Below are positions 1 through 12,149 of a stretch of 64,000 nt of DNA, in pieces. Each line of letters begins with the position of its first letter. Within the stretch, counting starts at the first letter, position 1. The notes below the pieces were generated by a model. That model worked only from the letters and a program-made list of their open reading frames with translations, was not told where the DNA came from and did not search any database. Source of the stretch: Oopsacas minuta (Eukaryota > Animalia > Porifera); assembly GCA_024704765.1 (NCBI GenBank), contig JAKMXF010000303.1, positions 123,791 to 187,790 of the forward strand, given 5' to 3'. A program made the position numbers and the translations under genes.

Positions 1-866
1 ATGCTCAACAGCTCTGTAATTAGCATGTTACAAGATGAATACGATCCTCGCATCCCTTCATGTACATACATTGAATACTTGGATTTAGCAGTGATAAATT
101 GGAGGATGCTTGGGAAGTAATATTCCTCAATCCTTGTTTTTGCGTCATCAGCTGCTAAAAGATTAATAACCAAAATATTTTTTACCTCAAATAAATGTAC
201 ATTTTATTATGGTAATTAGATAATGAATTTATTCATAAATAGCAATTATTAAATATCTTCTGTGGTTACCACTACCATATTCTGCATTTTAAGAAATACA
301 AAACTGATAATGTGATAAATGCAAATTTTCAATCACTAGAATAGATTGCATTAGTTGCTGACAACTATGCGTATATCCCATGGCCCTTTCGCAAGCAGTG
401 ACTGACTGCTTGTGATTGGGGTATACTGTTACTGTAAGTATTGTTGTCTGAGTGATTCACTGCAGTGTCACGGTTACGAAAGACTAGAGGGTCATTAACC
501 CTTTTGTCGTTCGTGACCCAAATTTTGGGAATTGCTGAATTAGAGTCAAAATTTAAGAATTGTACCGTTTATTTCCGGAAAATAGCTATCTGAAAAATTG
601 TAAAATTCATAAAATTGAAGTTGAAATATGAAGTTAGCATAACATCATTTGGTCTAAGAATAAACACTTAATGCAGAAAGGCCTTGAAGCAGAAGATCCC
701 TTATTATATTATCAAGAGCTCTAATATCAAAAACATATATTACATAGTTATAGTAAGAGCTATTCGAAATGACTTCACTAGTATAGAGCCTAACTGACTG
801 GACACTGCCACACCAAAGTGTTATCAATGCAAACAGGGGTTCATCCAGGTTCTCAGGGTCATATGC
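1..866 (-). CDS. Possible partial spliced gene running off the left edge (unidentified product)
   Basis: A minus-strand acceptor ttttag| at 154 is followed by an open frame to position 1 (ADDAKTRIEEYYFPSILQFITAKSKYSMYVHEG...). A second acceptor cattttag| at 866 opens AYDPENLDEPLFALITLWCGSVQSVRLYTSEV.... No family recognised and exon joins not resolved. Confidence 0.3.
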
Positions 867-1796
867 CTAAAATGGATTCTAATTCATTTCATACGCTTAG
901 ACTATACATTTTGCATTATGATATAGGAGTTTCTGCCTATAGAGAGAAAATTTTCATACACCTAGATATATATTTGCCCAAATTTATGCTCCTGTAGGCG
1001 CGCCGCATACGCCGGAATAACACCCTGAAAGTAACTAATCACTGATAAACAAATGCTCCCATGCTTTACAATGCAATGTGGGTTTAACTGGTACTTTTGT
1101 AGATGACGGGTTAATTCGGATTATTACAAGATAAACAAATATGAGACTGAAGAGAATAGCGAAACAAATTTTAGAAACAATTGCTGAAAATTACAATACT
1201 AATATGGCATTAGGATATTTCGAACAGATCGAGTTCTTGATTTGGTTTCATTGCAGTACAAAGCAAAGTCTAAACCCAATAAATGTATGTGGAATTTAGT
1301 ATTAGGAGAATAGGACCCTGGCCTGCAGAGTATTTTAATTAATCTTGCCCTGAAGTCCAATCTGTAAGAAAAGTGCCTGTATAATATATCCCGACACTCG
1401 CTTTGGGTAGTAATTTTACTAGTAAAATGTTGGAGTTCTATTCCCCAATTCTAGCTGAATGTGTTATTGTGTGTATCTTCGTTACCGATGTTATAATGTA
1501 AATTAGGGAACATCTTATTTCACCTCCTTCATGTCACATATTAGCGCAATTTTCAAAAATATATCTAGCATAATTAGTTGAATTATTTTCAATAATTAAG
1601 ATACTCTACACTGTAAAACTATTGAAGACATAGTGATGCTAGTATGACCTCTGGTATATCTACTTACTAGCATCACACATTCATTGGTTGTAAACAAGTA
1701 TTATTTGGTGTAATTAATTCTAACAAGCAATCCGCCTGGATATTATATTTATGAAATTGAGTAGAGAGAACTTGCCTAAACACAATAAATAATTCA

Positions 1797-1836
1797 CACT
1801 TCCAGACACTTCCAGACACTTCCAGACACTCCCAAT
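1797..1836. repeat. Tandem repeat, 10-bp unit CACTTCCAGA
   Basis: Three perfect copies plus one degenerate copy (CACTCCCAAT). Confidence 0.9.
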
Positions 1837-2810
1837 ACATTGATAGTATCCATTTGAATATTAATTATTAAACCACTTAAGTTACCTATTATTAATTCAA
1901 ATTGACAGAGGTTTATTTCATAGAATCTTTGGGATAAATGAGCAGTGGTGTAATGAGAGTTTTAGTGACGTCTGGGTCTTATATCAAGTGAAGGAATGGA
2001 ACAAATGCTGTGAGATATATCTATGCTTGTGGTAGTCATGACAAGATTGCCAACATATACTATCTTTCAAAATTATTTGTATGTGAGTATATTTGGTCGT
2101 GTAGCGACAATAAGCACTACTAAATATAGCAGTTTAATACTTAACCTGCCAAATCTGATTCACCAAGCTGTCGTGCAGCGAACTGGCAAGCGAAGCGAGT
2201 AGATTGTATTAATATGGCAAATACACCTAGAAATTCAATTATCATACCAAATGAATTCAATTATTGCGTTAAATACACGAAAAATTATCACTTTCTGAAT
2301 TTCTCATAATTTCTGAATAATTCTCTCTCCATACTCGTAATGTAATTAGTCGCCCTGAGTTTGTTAATCCAGAGAATTTTCTAACACCTCCTATAAATGT
2401 TTGACATATTATATATATGCAAATGAGTAGCTTGCCTGGATTGTTAATTATTAACCCAGGGTATTTTAAACAGTGGTGGTTTGTCAAAATAAGGAGCGCT
2501 CCCTATTCAAGTTAACCATTTTAAAAATATTCAAAACTTATTTTGCGTTGTTGAGGGAAAGTCAGTATTAAACGAACTTGGATAAGAGACTTCCGCTATT
2601 ATTGATATATTTTTACAAGCAAAAGTGCATTTAATGTACTCCGGTATCTACCAACTCCTCTTATAACGAAATGAAACCGAGGTCCCGAGCACTTCGTTAT
2701 AACTGGAGTTTACTGTATGTATATAAAACAGCAAATTGTTTACATATGATAAACTCGTAAGTACCAAAATCGTATTTTGGCATATACTAGTATGTAACTC
2801 TAAAATTCTT

Positions 2811-2905
2811 TAGGACAAATTCCAAAAGTACTTATGACAAATTCCGATTTCCCCTACAACATTACTTAGGTACTGATTATAGGAAGTATATTACGTAGTG
2901 TTAGT
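2811..2905. repeat. Dispersed repeat with GGACAAATTCC/ACAAATTCCGATTT motifs (unclassified TE end)
   Basis: Colinear similarity to 26310-26400. Related GGACAAATT(C/T)C clusters occur near 43940-44040, 44520-44600 and 49095-49240. Confidence 0.55.
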
Positions 2906-3270
2906 GTTACAGCATATACTTGTTATTCCGTTACAAAATAATCTATATTATTAAAACTCGATTGTTGTGTGTGTGTTTGTTTGTTTGTTTGTCCGTTGTC
3001 AAGGAAAGGATTTATGGAATGTTGTAATTGAATTCGAATTTCTCAATTATGAGATGTCACAAAACTATGTATTATCTTATTTATCAAGAATGTAAACAGA
3101 ATTCTATACAACTTGAATAAATATATTAAATATACTGAATCTTATTTTCACACTTTTGGATTAATTATATGTAAGTGCGAACACAAACTGTTCGCAAGCC
3201 GTGCAGCGAGAGCAAGCGAAGCGGTTCGTTGCTTTGATTTTCCAATTGCCATAATAATGTAAATATAATC

Positions 3271-4120
3271 TGTTCTGGTACACCTTGGATAATCGGTCTG
3301 GGAGGGTACCAAATCGTCATATGTTTTGGTACAAATATTCCCCTTTAATTACGGAGCAATATGGTAGCAATTCAATATAGATTACTGTGTAACATATTCG
3401 GCTTCCTTTGACCTTTATTTGGCTTCTTTGCAAGCGAAGCGGCTCGTTGTATATATCATCCGTGGTGGATCAAGTGAGGTAAATACTTTTTTATAATATT
3501 CGAATCCAAATATATTTTTTGCGACAATATTCTTAACCTAAGATATCATATAATGAAATTTGGATGACAAATAGTTTAGAGTCTTTCACGTTAAAGTAGA
3601 GTTCATCTCAAAATAGTACCTAGCTCTTTGCCATTTACGTAGGCACCGTTTACCATATTTATTCGTTATTCCAGAATTGAATGGTTTGTATAGGACTCTA
3701 GGTATTGATAAATCTCGAGAACTTTCAATTATTGAATTGTTTTAGGGAATTGTAAGTTCAGAATTTGGATATGAAAAGTTATATGAAAAAGTATATACTT
3801 AACCTGATCCGCCACGAGCAAAAGGTCACACGATCGAGAAACCATATATATATATATATACTTAGATATTTGTTATTATGAAGGGGCATTTATGCCAAAT
3901 CTATTATAATTTGCTACAAATGTCCCCCTTAGTTATTATATATAATTTTAATCGAAAGGAAAGAAAGTCAATTATGTTACATGAAGCCATATTGAATTGT
4001 TACTATATAGTGCTTCGTAATTAAGGGGACCATTTGTACCAAAACCTATGGCGATTTGGTACATATTGTCCCCCTGGACCAAATATCCAGGGAGACCATA
4101 TGATCATATGTACCAGAACA
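3271..4120. mobile_element. Non-autonomous Ginger-like (TG..CA) DNA transposon
   Basis: Terminal TGTTCTGGTACA / TGTACCAGAACA, an imperfect inverted repeat extending about 75-85 bp, and a 4-bp direct repeat AATC at 3267-3270 and 4121-4124. Confidence 0.8.
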
Positions 4121-4324
4121 AATCGATTTGACAGAAGAAATGTATTCATTTGACAAAAAAGAATTAATTTGACAGAATATTAGAATTTCTAAGTGTATTT
4201 AACACAATGGTTGAAATCATTTGACAGATAAATTGAATTCTTAGATCATAATTAGCTACCATGATAATTGTACATTGCTTATCGAGCATGTAAATACTAA
4301 TTTGACATTTTCACCATTATATAT

Positions 4325-4818
4325 GCTAAGGGAAATGTTGACATTTGGAACATGTTAACATGTACTGCGGGAGATGTTGACATTATTAGTTTATGTATCT
4401 TCTAAATATTGTTCTTACTAGAAGACATACACAAGACTCACCAAAGTATTGACTTCACTTTGATTTAGTGAAACTTTTGGCATCATTTTAACTAATTAAC
4501 CGCAAAGAAAACAAAACATATTTGTTGACAAACTATTTGATAAATACTTACTACCTACTACTTGCAGATAATCGACTGTCAGACATGTAATGGAAGGTTT
4601 ACGAAAAGATTGGTTATTTTCACTAAACTTATCATTTAAGGATTTTCCCCTGTTGGAAATACATATATATTTCTTGACTGACGGTGCTATCCGTACCGCC
4701 TTTGAATTTCGCGTTTCAGAAGCCATAAAATAGCATTTAGGGAAATGTATAAACCAATAATGTTAACATCTCCCGCGGTAGATGTTAACATGTTCCAAAT
4801 GTCAACATCTCCCTTAGC
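4325..4818. mobile_element. MITE with ~63-bp TIRs and ATAT target duplication (Sola1-like)
   Basis: GCTAAGGGA(A/G)ATGTTGACATTTGGAACATGTTAACAT... is mirrored at about 4757-4818. ATAT flanks both sides (4321-4324, 4819-4822), matching the AWWT target known for Sola1. Confidence 0.7.
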
Positions 4819-4823
4819 ATATG

Positions 4824-5071
4824 CACTCGATGGCCAAAAGTATTGGAACACTCCGCCACAATTGACACATGGCACAAATATGTATTTACTTTAGTTGCAT
4901 AGGCCGAAGATAATTTCAAACATTTGTGAAATTATTTCTATCCTTAATTTTATCATTACAATCGCCTTTTCTGATATACCCATAGATTATTCAATACGCA
5001 TATTATCGCATTGTGCCATATGCCACATGTTACTAATGGTATGGTGCTCCAATACTTTTGGCCAGGAAGTG
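4824..5071. mobile_element. Degenerate Tc1-like MITE
   Basis: Inverted ends CACTCGATGGCCAAAAGTATTGGAAC / GCTCCAATACTTTTGGCCAGGAAGTG resemble Tc1-family TIRs. The TA TSD is eroded. Confidence 0.6.
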
Positions 5072-5072
5072 T

Positions 5073-5174
5073 TATATACATAATTTATCATATTGTTATG
5101 AGTGTATATATACATAATTTATCATATTGTTATGAGTGTATATATACATAATTTATCATATTGTTATGAGTGTA
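5073..5174. repeat. Minisatellite, 34-bp unit x3
   Basis: Three perfect copies of TATATACATAATTTATCATATTGTTATGAGTGTA. Confidence 0.95.
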
Positions 5175-5630
5175 TAGATCTTCAATAGAGAATTTGTACT
5201 GTATTAAGATTAACTACCAATTATACCAAACAGATTAACTAAGTACTTATAGCTCTCTAGCGAGCTTATGGGTTCCTATGATCTATAACAATACGATTAA
5301 TCATATTTCCACTATTTAAAGCTTATAATTAAAATGAAATTAATCATTTGGCTCCAACGACTAATCGGGGGTTTGTTGGGTAGAAAATGTGTCTGAGCTA
5401 TACTTTTAGTCTGTCGGCTAGATATTTTTAAAATAATGAAAAATAAACTTCATAGTATCTTGTAAAGTACTAGTGGTTTGATGGATATGCTATTTGAATA
5501 GGATAATTGGGTGTGGTTAGATCTATAACGATATAAGAACATTTCTATTCAACTATTACACTCGGTCATCCACAATACAAACTGTTGTGCTTAGAAATGC
5601 CTATTATTAGCTACAAATATGTATATAGTT

Positions 5631-5777
5631 CATACTCGCCAACCTGAGATAAAGCGGGATGGAAGGCATTTTTAGCGGGACATCGCGGGACACAGCATAT
5701 TTGTATTAGACTAGACTACAATAAAGCGGGACAATGAGGACTTCTGGCAAGTTTTGGCTGGATAGTTGGCAAGTATG
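5631..5777. mobile_element. MITE, CATACTTGCCAAC TIR family with 6-bp TSD
   Basis: CATACTCGCCAAC ... GTTGGCAAGTATG, flanked by ATAGTT on both sides (5625-5630, 5778-5783). Confidence 0.8.
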
Positions 5778-5807
5778 ATAGTTAAGTCTAAATATTCATA
5801 ATAACTA

Positions 5808-6174
5808 ACGCGCTTCGCTTGCTCAGCGCTGCGCGGCTTGCGAACACTTTGTATTTGCATGGGGTCCGGCACTTCGTACCTCGAATTGAGCAAATTATAA
5901 AAGTAGCAACATATCCACAATGCGTTGGTGATAAATTCATATTTGTAATCAGGGTACCCGATTACCCCAGTATAGCGGTTGAAAGCAAGTTTCTAGGATT
6001 AATTAGAAAATTGTTTACTTTATATACCTAAAAATCAACAAATAGCCACAATAGGTAATGGAAAATATCATATTCGGGTTCAGCGAACTGTGTTACCCCT
6101 GTGTAGCCATTTAGAGCAAGCCTGAGTGTATATTTTGAAATTTGGGTAATTTGTATACTTTATATTCATAAAAA
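5808..6174 (-). mobile_element. Helitron/Helentron-like non-autonomous repeat (GCAAGCGAAGCG end motif)
   Basis: Shares the terminal motif and about 300 bp of internal blocks with 22266-22554. The same end motif occurs at about 2170-2198, 3190-3230 and 3428-3450. The class assignment is inference: no TIR or TSD was found. Confidence 0.55.
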
Positions 6175-6375
6175 TAGATACACACTTCTTAATACCATTT
6201 TAGGATGAATTAATTATTTAATGCTATTTACAAATCTAGTGCATCGTGATAGTGTAACAGTAGAGGTGAAATAGTTTCATAATGGAAGAACCTGACAGGT
6301 TGGCAATTTTAGATTGGAATATGGCGATATCGATGATAACAGCATTAGTTAATTGTTGTTGACTCAGACAGATTA

Positions 6376-6472
6376 TATCTCCCTATAGTTATATAATATT
6401 ATCTCCCTATAGTTATATAATATTATCTCCCTATAGTTATATAATATTATCTCCCCTATAATTATATAATAT
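6376..6472. repeat. Minisatellite, 24-bp unit x4
   Basis: TATCTCCCTATAGTTATATAATAT in three perfect copies plus one degenerate copy. Confidence 0.95.
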
Positions 6473-6817
6473 CATTGAACGGAAGATTAGTAAATATCTG
6501 CTTTATTGGAGATTATTAGGGGATAGTTTGGAATTCTGAATATTATTAGATAATTCAAACTTTGTTAGTCTTTGTGCTATGTTAAATTTGAGTTTCAAAA
6601 ACTATCTGCTCCAATACTATAATTTTAACAAATTTTCATTAAATACTCATCAAATTCTGTCCAAGATATGTCTATTAATTAATTAATTAATAGCTTCTGA
6701 ATATCTAGCAAAATATTGGTCGAGTTATGCTAGAATAGTTAGTGAACTTATTTAAACGTATCTTAATTTTGGGTTCACTCACAAAATTTATTAAATTAAA
6801 TCTAGACTAGCATTATA

Positions 6818-7201
6818 ATGTCTGACGAACAACCTCAAGCTCAGGCAGATCCAACTTCAGCTCCAGTTCAAGCTCAAGCTCCAGCTCCACCTCCGGAACA
6901 ATCTGCTCCTGTCCAACAGCAACCTACCCAGCAATCTCCCCCTTCCAATGCCGTTTGGGGAGATGCCCCCACTCCTATGATGTGTACCAACTGTAATACA
7001 CAACAAACCAGTGTACCTACCAAGAATATTGGGGCTACTAGCTGGATTGTGGCAGTAGTTGTTGCAGCCATTCTTTTCTTTGTAGTGTGCTGGCCGTGCG
7101 TTCCTTGTGCATTTTTAGTTCTCTTGATCGACCCATTGAAGGACACAAAACACGTATGTCCCAACTGCAACCATGTTAACGGAGTCAAAAAAATGATTTA
7201 G
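6818..7201 (+). CDS. LITAF-domain (zf-LITAF-like) protein, paralog 1, 127 aa, intronless CDS
   Basis: Pro/Gln/Ala-rich N-terminus, then CTNC ... hydrophobic stretch ... HVCPNC, the diagnostic LITAF architecture. AATAAA at about 7303. Confidence 0.92.
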   Translation: MSDEQPQAQADPTSAPVQAQAPAPPPEQSAPVQQQPTQQSPPSNAVWGDAPTPMMCTNCNTQQTSVPTKNIGATSWIVAVVVAAILFFVVCWPCVPCAFLVLLIDPLKDTKHVCPNCNHVNGVKKMI

Positions 7202-8794
7202 TATATATGACTTAGTGTTCATATAATTTCTCTATATATATTTGGAACATACTGCTCATAGGCCTTCTGTGTGTATTTACTAGTGTTTGTTCTTAGTTTT
7301 ATAATAAACCCGTCAATTAATAAAATTCAATGAATTAGTTACAGAACAGAACTGCAAATGGGTGACCCATGAATGAATGGGTCAGATAGGTCACTTTTTC
7401 CGTATGGGCCAAGCCCGGCAGTGGTTATTTAAGAATGTTGTATATAACTTCACAACTCCGAAAATTTATATAGCATATTAGGACCGAGTGATCAATGATC
7501 ACAACCCCCAAATATGAAAATAAAAATTTCAAATGTCAGCTGTACAAATAATTGTCACTACGAGTATACATGCCAATTTTGGTATGTTAATCACTAAAGG
7601 TGTGAACTGGAGAGCCAACAAAGTAAAAACGATTTTTGAAAACTAAGTACCGGTATCCTAATATGTTGCATAATTCAAAGGAGGCAGATATTTGATAAAA
7701 AATTTTAGATGGTGGTAATACACTCATATTCACTTGTCTGGGAGCCTTTTCTAGGCCGGCGTTGCAACTTGCTAGTACGCTAGTGTGTGCGTGCACACAC
7801 CAATCCTACTGCTACACTGCAACATACATTTCAAATTGCTACTGGAATTAAGTGTAAGCGGAGTAATCAAACATGAAAGATTCCAATGTTGACATAATGT
7901 TTTCAATTTTGATGGTGAATGAATCCGTAAATTTTGATAAAATAATGAAAAAGGCAAAATTGATCAAAGATCTACAAATTGTCTTGAGTCGAACTTTGAT
8001 CGAAAATGTATAACATAAAACAAAAAATCCAACGATCCGCCATTTTCAAACTTATCTAATAATCAATCCAACAAAACTCCATCCAATCATAAAATTAGCA
8101 TATCGATGGTAATCAATATGTCAAATTTGTTTCCATTTGTAGAATTTTTCTTTACAATATCATATTTGGAATCAATATACTCGGTCACCCTAATGTAATT
8201 GTTTATTTTATCAATATCACCAACAGAAGGATATGTTATTCCCTAAATTATATATAGTGGGGTCTCCCAAAATGGGCACTCTGATAAGCGGACAATCCCT
8301 CTACAACGGACAAGCTCGTAGAACGAAATAAGTTAATAAGAAGTACATGTAAATAATACTTAATCAATCTCTGAGAAGCGGACATCTCACCTACAAAAGA
8401 CAAAATCTAATCCCCAATGTGCCCTTCTTGGGAGACTATACGAAGATTTACGCCAGTTAGGAGAGTGATTTAGATGTGGCCTTCGAAACAGACCCTTCCT
8501 CCAACCATTTTGTGAGGCACCCTACCTAGGAAATCGGTAGGCTCCAATGCATTTATCTCATTTTTTGAATTTACTCAGAATCTTCAATTCTCATTTTTGG
8601 TTATGCACTGAAAATTCGTCCACAGGGGCTCCGTATAATGCAACTGCAGGGGGCTCCTAAGTTTAGCCAGCCAGCCCTAATCTCAAACGGAAAAAAACTT
8701 TTGCCATATCTTGCAAATGATACTAGAAATTTCGCTTTAACGACTAAAACAATGGTTTATCACTTAATCAGGCATGCATATTTAAATATTCGTA

Positions 8795-8877
8795 CAGTAG
8801 AACTCGGTTAAGACGTACCATAGATAATACATACTTTTGTGTTTCCCAAGCAAGAAAGTCTTAACCGAGTCCTACTG
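8795..8877. mobile_element. Tc1/pogo-type MITE (CAGTAGAACTCGG TIR, TA TSD)
   Basis: TA|CAGTAGAACTCGGTTAAGAC ... GTCTTAACCGAGTCCTACTG|TA. Relatives occur at about 12858-13036 and 20143-20274. Confidence 0.8.
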
Positions 8878-9769
8878 TAGGTTTTTTCACAAGGGCTAAA
8901 AGCATCTGTATATTCAAATTTCTGCCTCCTTTGAATATGCAGCAAAGGATAAATGTGCAAAAAACAAATTTAAATTCGTCAAGAAAATTTGTCGGTTCCG
9001 TGGATTAGGGAAGCCCTTATTTCTTCTGAATTTGCAAGTTAACAAAATTCCGGGATGCAAGGTCTGACGATGAGAAAATCCTGGGGAATTGGCCAGGGTG
9101 TAGGGTAACATTTTAACACCTAATATACTCCAAATTACAACCTGTGCTTAGCCTATTGTTTATTATGTTGATGTTTTATGTAGCCAAATTGTTCTACATT
9201 TTTCACTAAATAATAATTGTATAGGCAACTATATTTCCTCACAACAATTCTATGTCTCTTGAACATTGAGGGGAGGATTCTATATACATATAAATAATTG
9301 TTTCCTATATTACAACACTCTCTTACATGTATAGTACATAGGCGTAGGCACCAGTAGGTTTGGCGAGGCTATGGGTCTACCAATAATTCTACTCTCCACA
9401 TAAAGACTAATAGAAAAGTGTGTCATGGCCACCAATCCCGTCATTGCCCTAAGGGCCCTACCAATCATCCCGAATTTATGCTGCAGTATAGCAGTATCAC
9501 ACATCATACTTCTTACATTTAGCATATTCAGAAAATTATGGAAAAAGGACTTAAGCCCGTATTAAAAGGATTGGGCTTGTACTTAAGCCTTAACCCCATG
9601 CTTGGAATAAATAAATAATATTATACGGGTATTGCAGTTGAAGTAGAATAAGTGGTAAGGGCTTTGTAGATAAATTGAGAAACAAATAAGATAGATACGT
9701 ACATTCATCTGTAATGTTTAATTACTAAACTTTAATTATATAATTGCATTAGAATTTACCACGGAGAGA

Positions 9770-10287
9770 GACACTTGTGTACAGATTTTCTGTGTGAATA
9801 CTTAGAAATCAGTCTAAGGTTACAGCTCCCTTTAACTCGGTGAACTGCACACCAGTAGGATCTTTCAATTGCGATAATAAATAGAATTTCTCTTCTTGTA
9901 CACATATACCAAGGCCGTAGCCATCGGTCCGGTTGGTTAGATTTCAACCTGACCGATTAGCTAGCAAATTTTGAATATTTCACCAACAGGTCCAGTTGTA
10001 CAAGTTAACCTGACCACTTTGTCTTCTTTGTGCTGTAATCAACCGGACCACTTGTATTTTCATGGCTACGGCCCTGTATACAGTCAACATCTGTATCTCG
10101 AACCCTCAGAGGAAATAAAATAATGTTCGAGATAACGGATGTTGACTGTATATGTGTACAAGAAGAGAAATTCTATTTATTATCGCAATTGAAAGATTCT
10201 ACTGGTGTGCAGTTCACCGAGTTAAAGGGAGCTGTAACCTTAGACTGATTTCTAAGTATTCACACAGAAAATCTGTACACAAGTGTC
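9770..10287. repeat. 139-bp near-perfect inverted duplication enclosing two MITEs
   Basis: 9770-9908 is the reverse complement of 10149-10287 (one mismatch seen). The spacer holds a hAT-like MITE (9910-10076, CAAGGCCGTAGCCA/TGGCTACGGCCCTG) and a TA-flanked CAGTCAAC MITE (10081-10148). Confidence 0.9.
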
Positions 10288-11780
10288 GTACTTCCATTTG
10301 CCATCAATTTAGGTAAAATTTCACAACGGCCCGAACAGAACTTTTTGCTCTCATTCATCAACTTCGACCCAAGTAATAAGATGGGGGGGCCCCTTAAATT
10401 TGGAAGGGCACCAAATTGAAGGCAAAAATTTAAACAAATGGGGGTCTCCCACAATTTGGGGAGCCCCCAAATAGAACCCTACAGAGTGAGCATACCTACG
10501 TGATGAATGTAAAATTACTGAGCACACGCGCGGCATTTGAGTAGGGGTTAAATAGAGCAAATTAGTCAAACTTCCATTTGATCAGGGGTCTATGAATTGC
10601 GCCATCAGGCCAGGTCCACCAAGTTAGACAATAGTCCAAGGCTGATTGCCAACCCTCACTCCTATTCCTAATCGTGTAGTAAATACACAAATACAACATT
10701 GTATATGCGGAGCACTCGACTTTTCACTATATGGAGACAGATGCGACATCGCCGCACCTTTGACCCACCATCGTGTGGTCCTAGCTACGCCACTACCTCG
10801 TCCCGACAAGCCTTTAGTAACCACCCAAAATACTCTAAAATCTGCAGATCTACTGCACGTATATCAAGTAACATATGAGTTATTAATTATTAACCCCATT
10901 CACTTTCCTCTTAGATAGTCACACACGAGTGGACACAATTCAAGCAAGTATTCACATCCCTCTAAGTTATGTAGCTCTGTACTCACTGTGTTTCTCCAGT
11001 CACATCCTCATCCTCTTCAGAGAACAAATTTACGAATAAATAACTAATTTGATTTGTAAATACGAGTTTTTATTTGCTACATTTTCTCGTTGAGAATTAC
11101 ACGATTCATTTTAACTGGTTGCCAAGGTACCAGAGATGTCAACTTTAATGGATAATCCCTGAGTGTTAAGGATTTTGAATTATTCTCATGGATTTCTCAC
11201 GAAAAGGCAGACAAGACAGCTAGAGAGAGAGATTTGTGCTACGGCAGTAGAGACGGACCGAGTTAAATTTTGACAACCAGTAAACTCCAGGAATTTGGTT
11301 ATACTGCCTATACATAATATCAGAACTCTCAACTCTCACTATTTCGGATCTACACCATTCTATGGAGGTTTCTAACCAGCAACCTAAGTTGCTACATACA
11401 AATCTCCAAACAAATTAGCTTGGGTTGCTATGTGCCCTTCAGCAATATCTTTTAGTGACGTGAATCATTGGTTGCTGGGGATTTGTATGTAGCATCCTCG
11501 GTGCTGGTTAGAAATCTCCTATTAATTATTAAGAAGTCGTTTGTTTGGTAAATTGATGCTTATGGGACAGATATGATTACATCATTCTGGATCTAAGATA
11601 AAAGGCAATAATATAATTGATAGTAATTATATAAGAATGAGGATTATTAAATTTGGAATTTAGTACCAAATGTGTCAGATTATAATAGTAATATTACTCT
11701 CTTTACTCTTTAGTGAAGCAATTTGAACTTTTCTTTTGGGATCATTCACTAAATTAAATTGTATGTAAACTAGCATAATA

Positions 11781-12149
11781 ATGACATATCAACCTCAGCA
11801 ACAATATCCTCCTCCTCAACAATATCCTGCTCCTCAACAGTATGCAGCTCCTCCCCAACAAACTACCCCTATCGCACAGCAACCTCTCCCTGTAAAGGTC
11901 GCTTGGGGGGATAGCCCCACTCCTATGACTTGCACCAATTGTAATACACAACAGACCAGTGTACCTACCAAGAAGGTTGGATGTATGAGCTGGATAATAG
12001 TAGGTGTTGTTGCATTCGTTCTTTTCGATCTGGTTTTGTGGCCGTGTATTCCTTGTGCGTTCTTAGCTCTCTTGATTAACGGATTGAAGGACACACATCA
12101 CGTATGTCCCAACTGTAACCATGTTAACGGAGTCAAGAAGATGGTTTAG
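11781..12149 (+). CDS. LITAF-domain protein, paralog 2, 122 aa, intronless CDS
   Basis: QQYP-repeat N-terminus, then CTNC ... hydrophobic stretch ... HVCPNC. About 74% identical to paralog 1 over the LITAF domain (21 differences in 82 aligned residues, hand count). Confidence 0.92.
   Translation: MTYQPQQQYPPPQQYPAPQQYAAPPQQTTPIAQQPLPVKVAWGDSPTPMTCTNCNTQQTSVPTKKVGCMSWIIVGVVAFVLFDLVLWPCIPCAFLALLINGLKDTHHVCPNCNHVNGVKKMV

Noticed and set aside
1797-6472. Short tandem arrays as possible CRISPR-like repeats
   Set aside because: The units are head-to-tail with no unique spacers, in a eukaryotic context with no cas genes.
7340-7440. Hairpins (TGACCCAT/ATGGGTCA and GGGC/GCCC) after LITAF1 as a candidate SL RNA or snRNA
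   Set aside because: There is no clear donor plus Sm-site arrangement and no match to known snRNA starts. It cannot be supported without the leader sequence.
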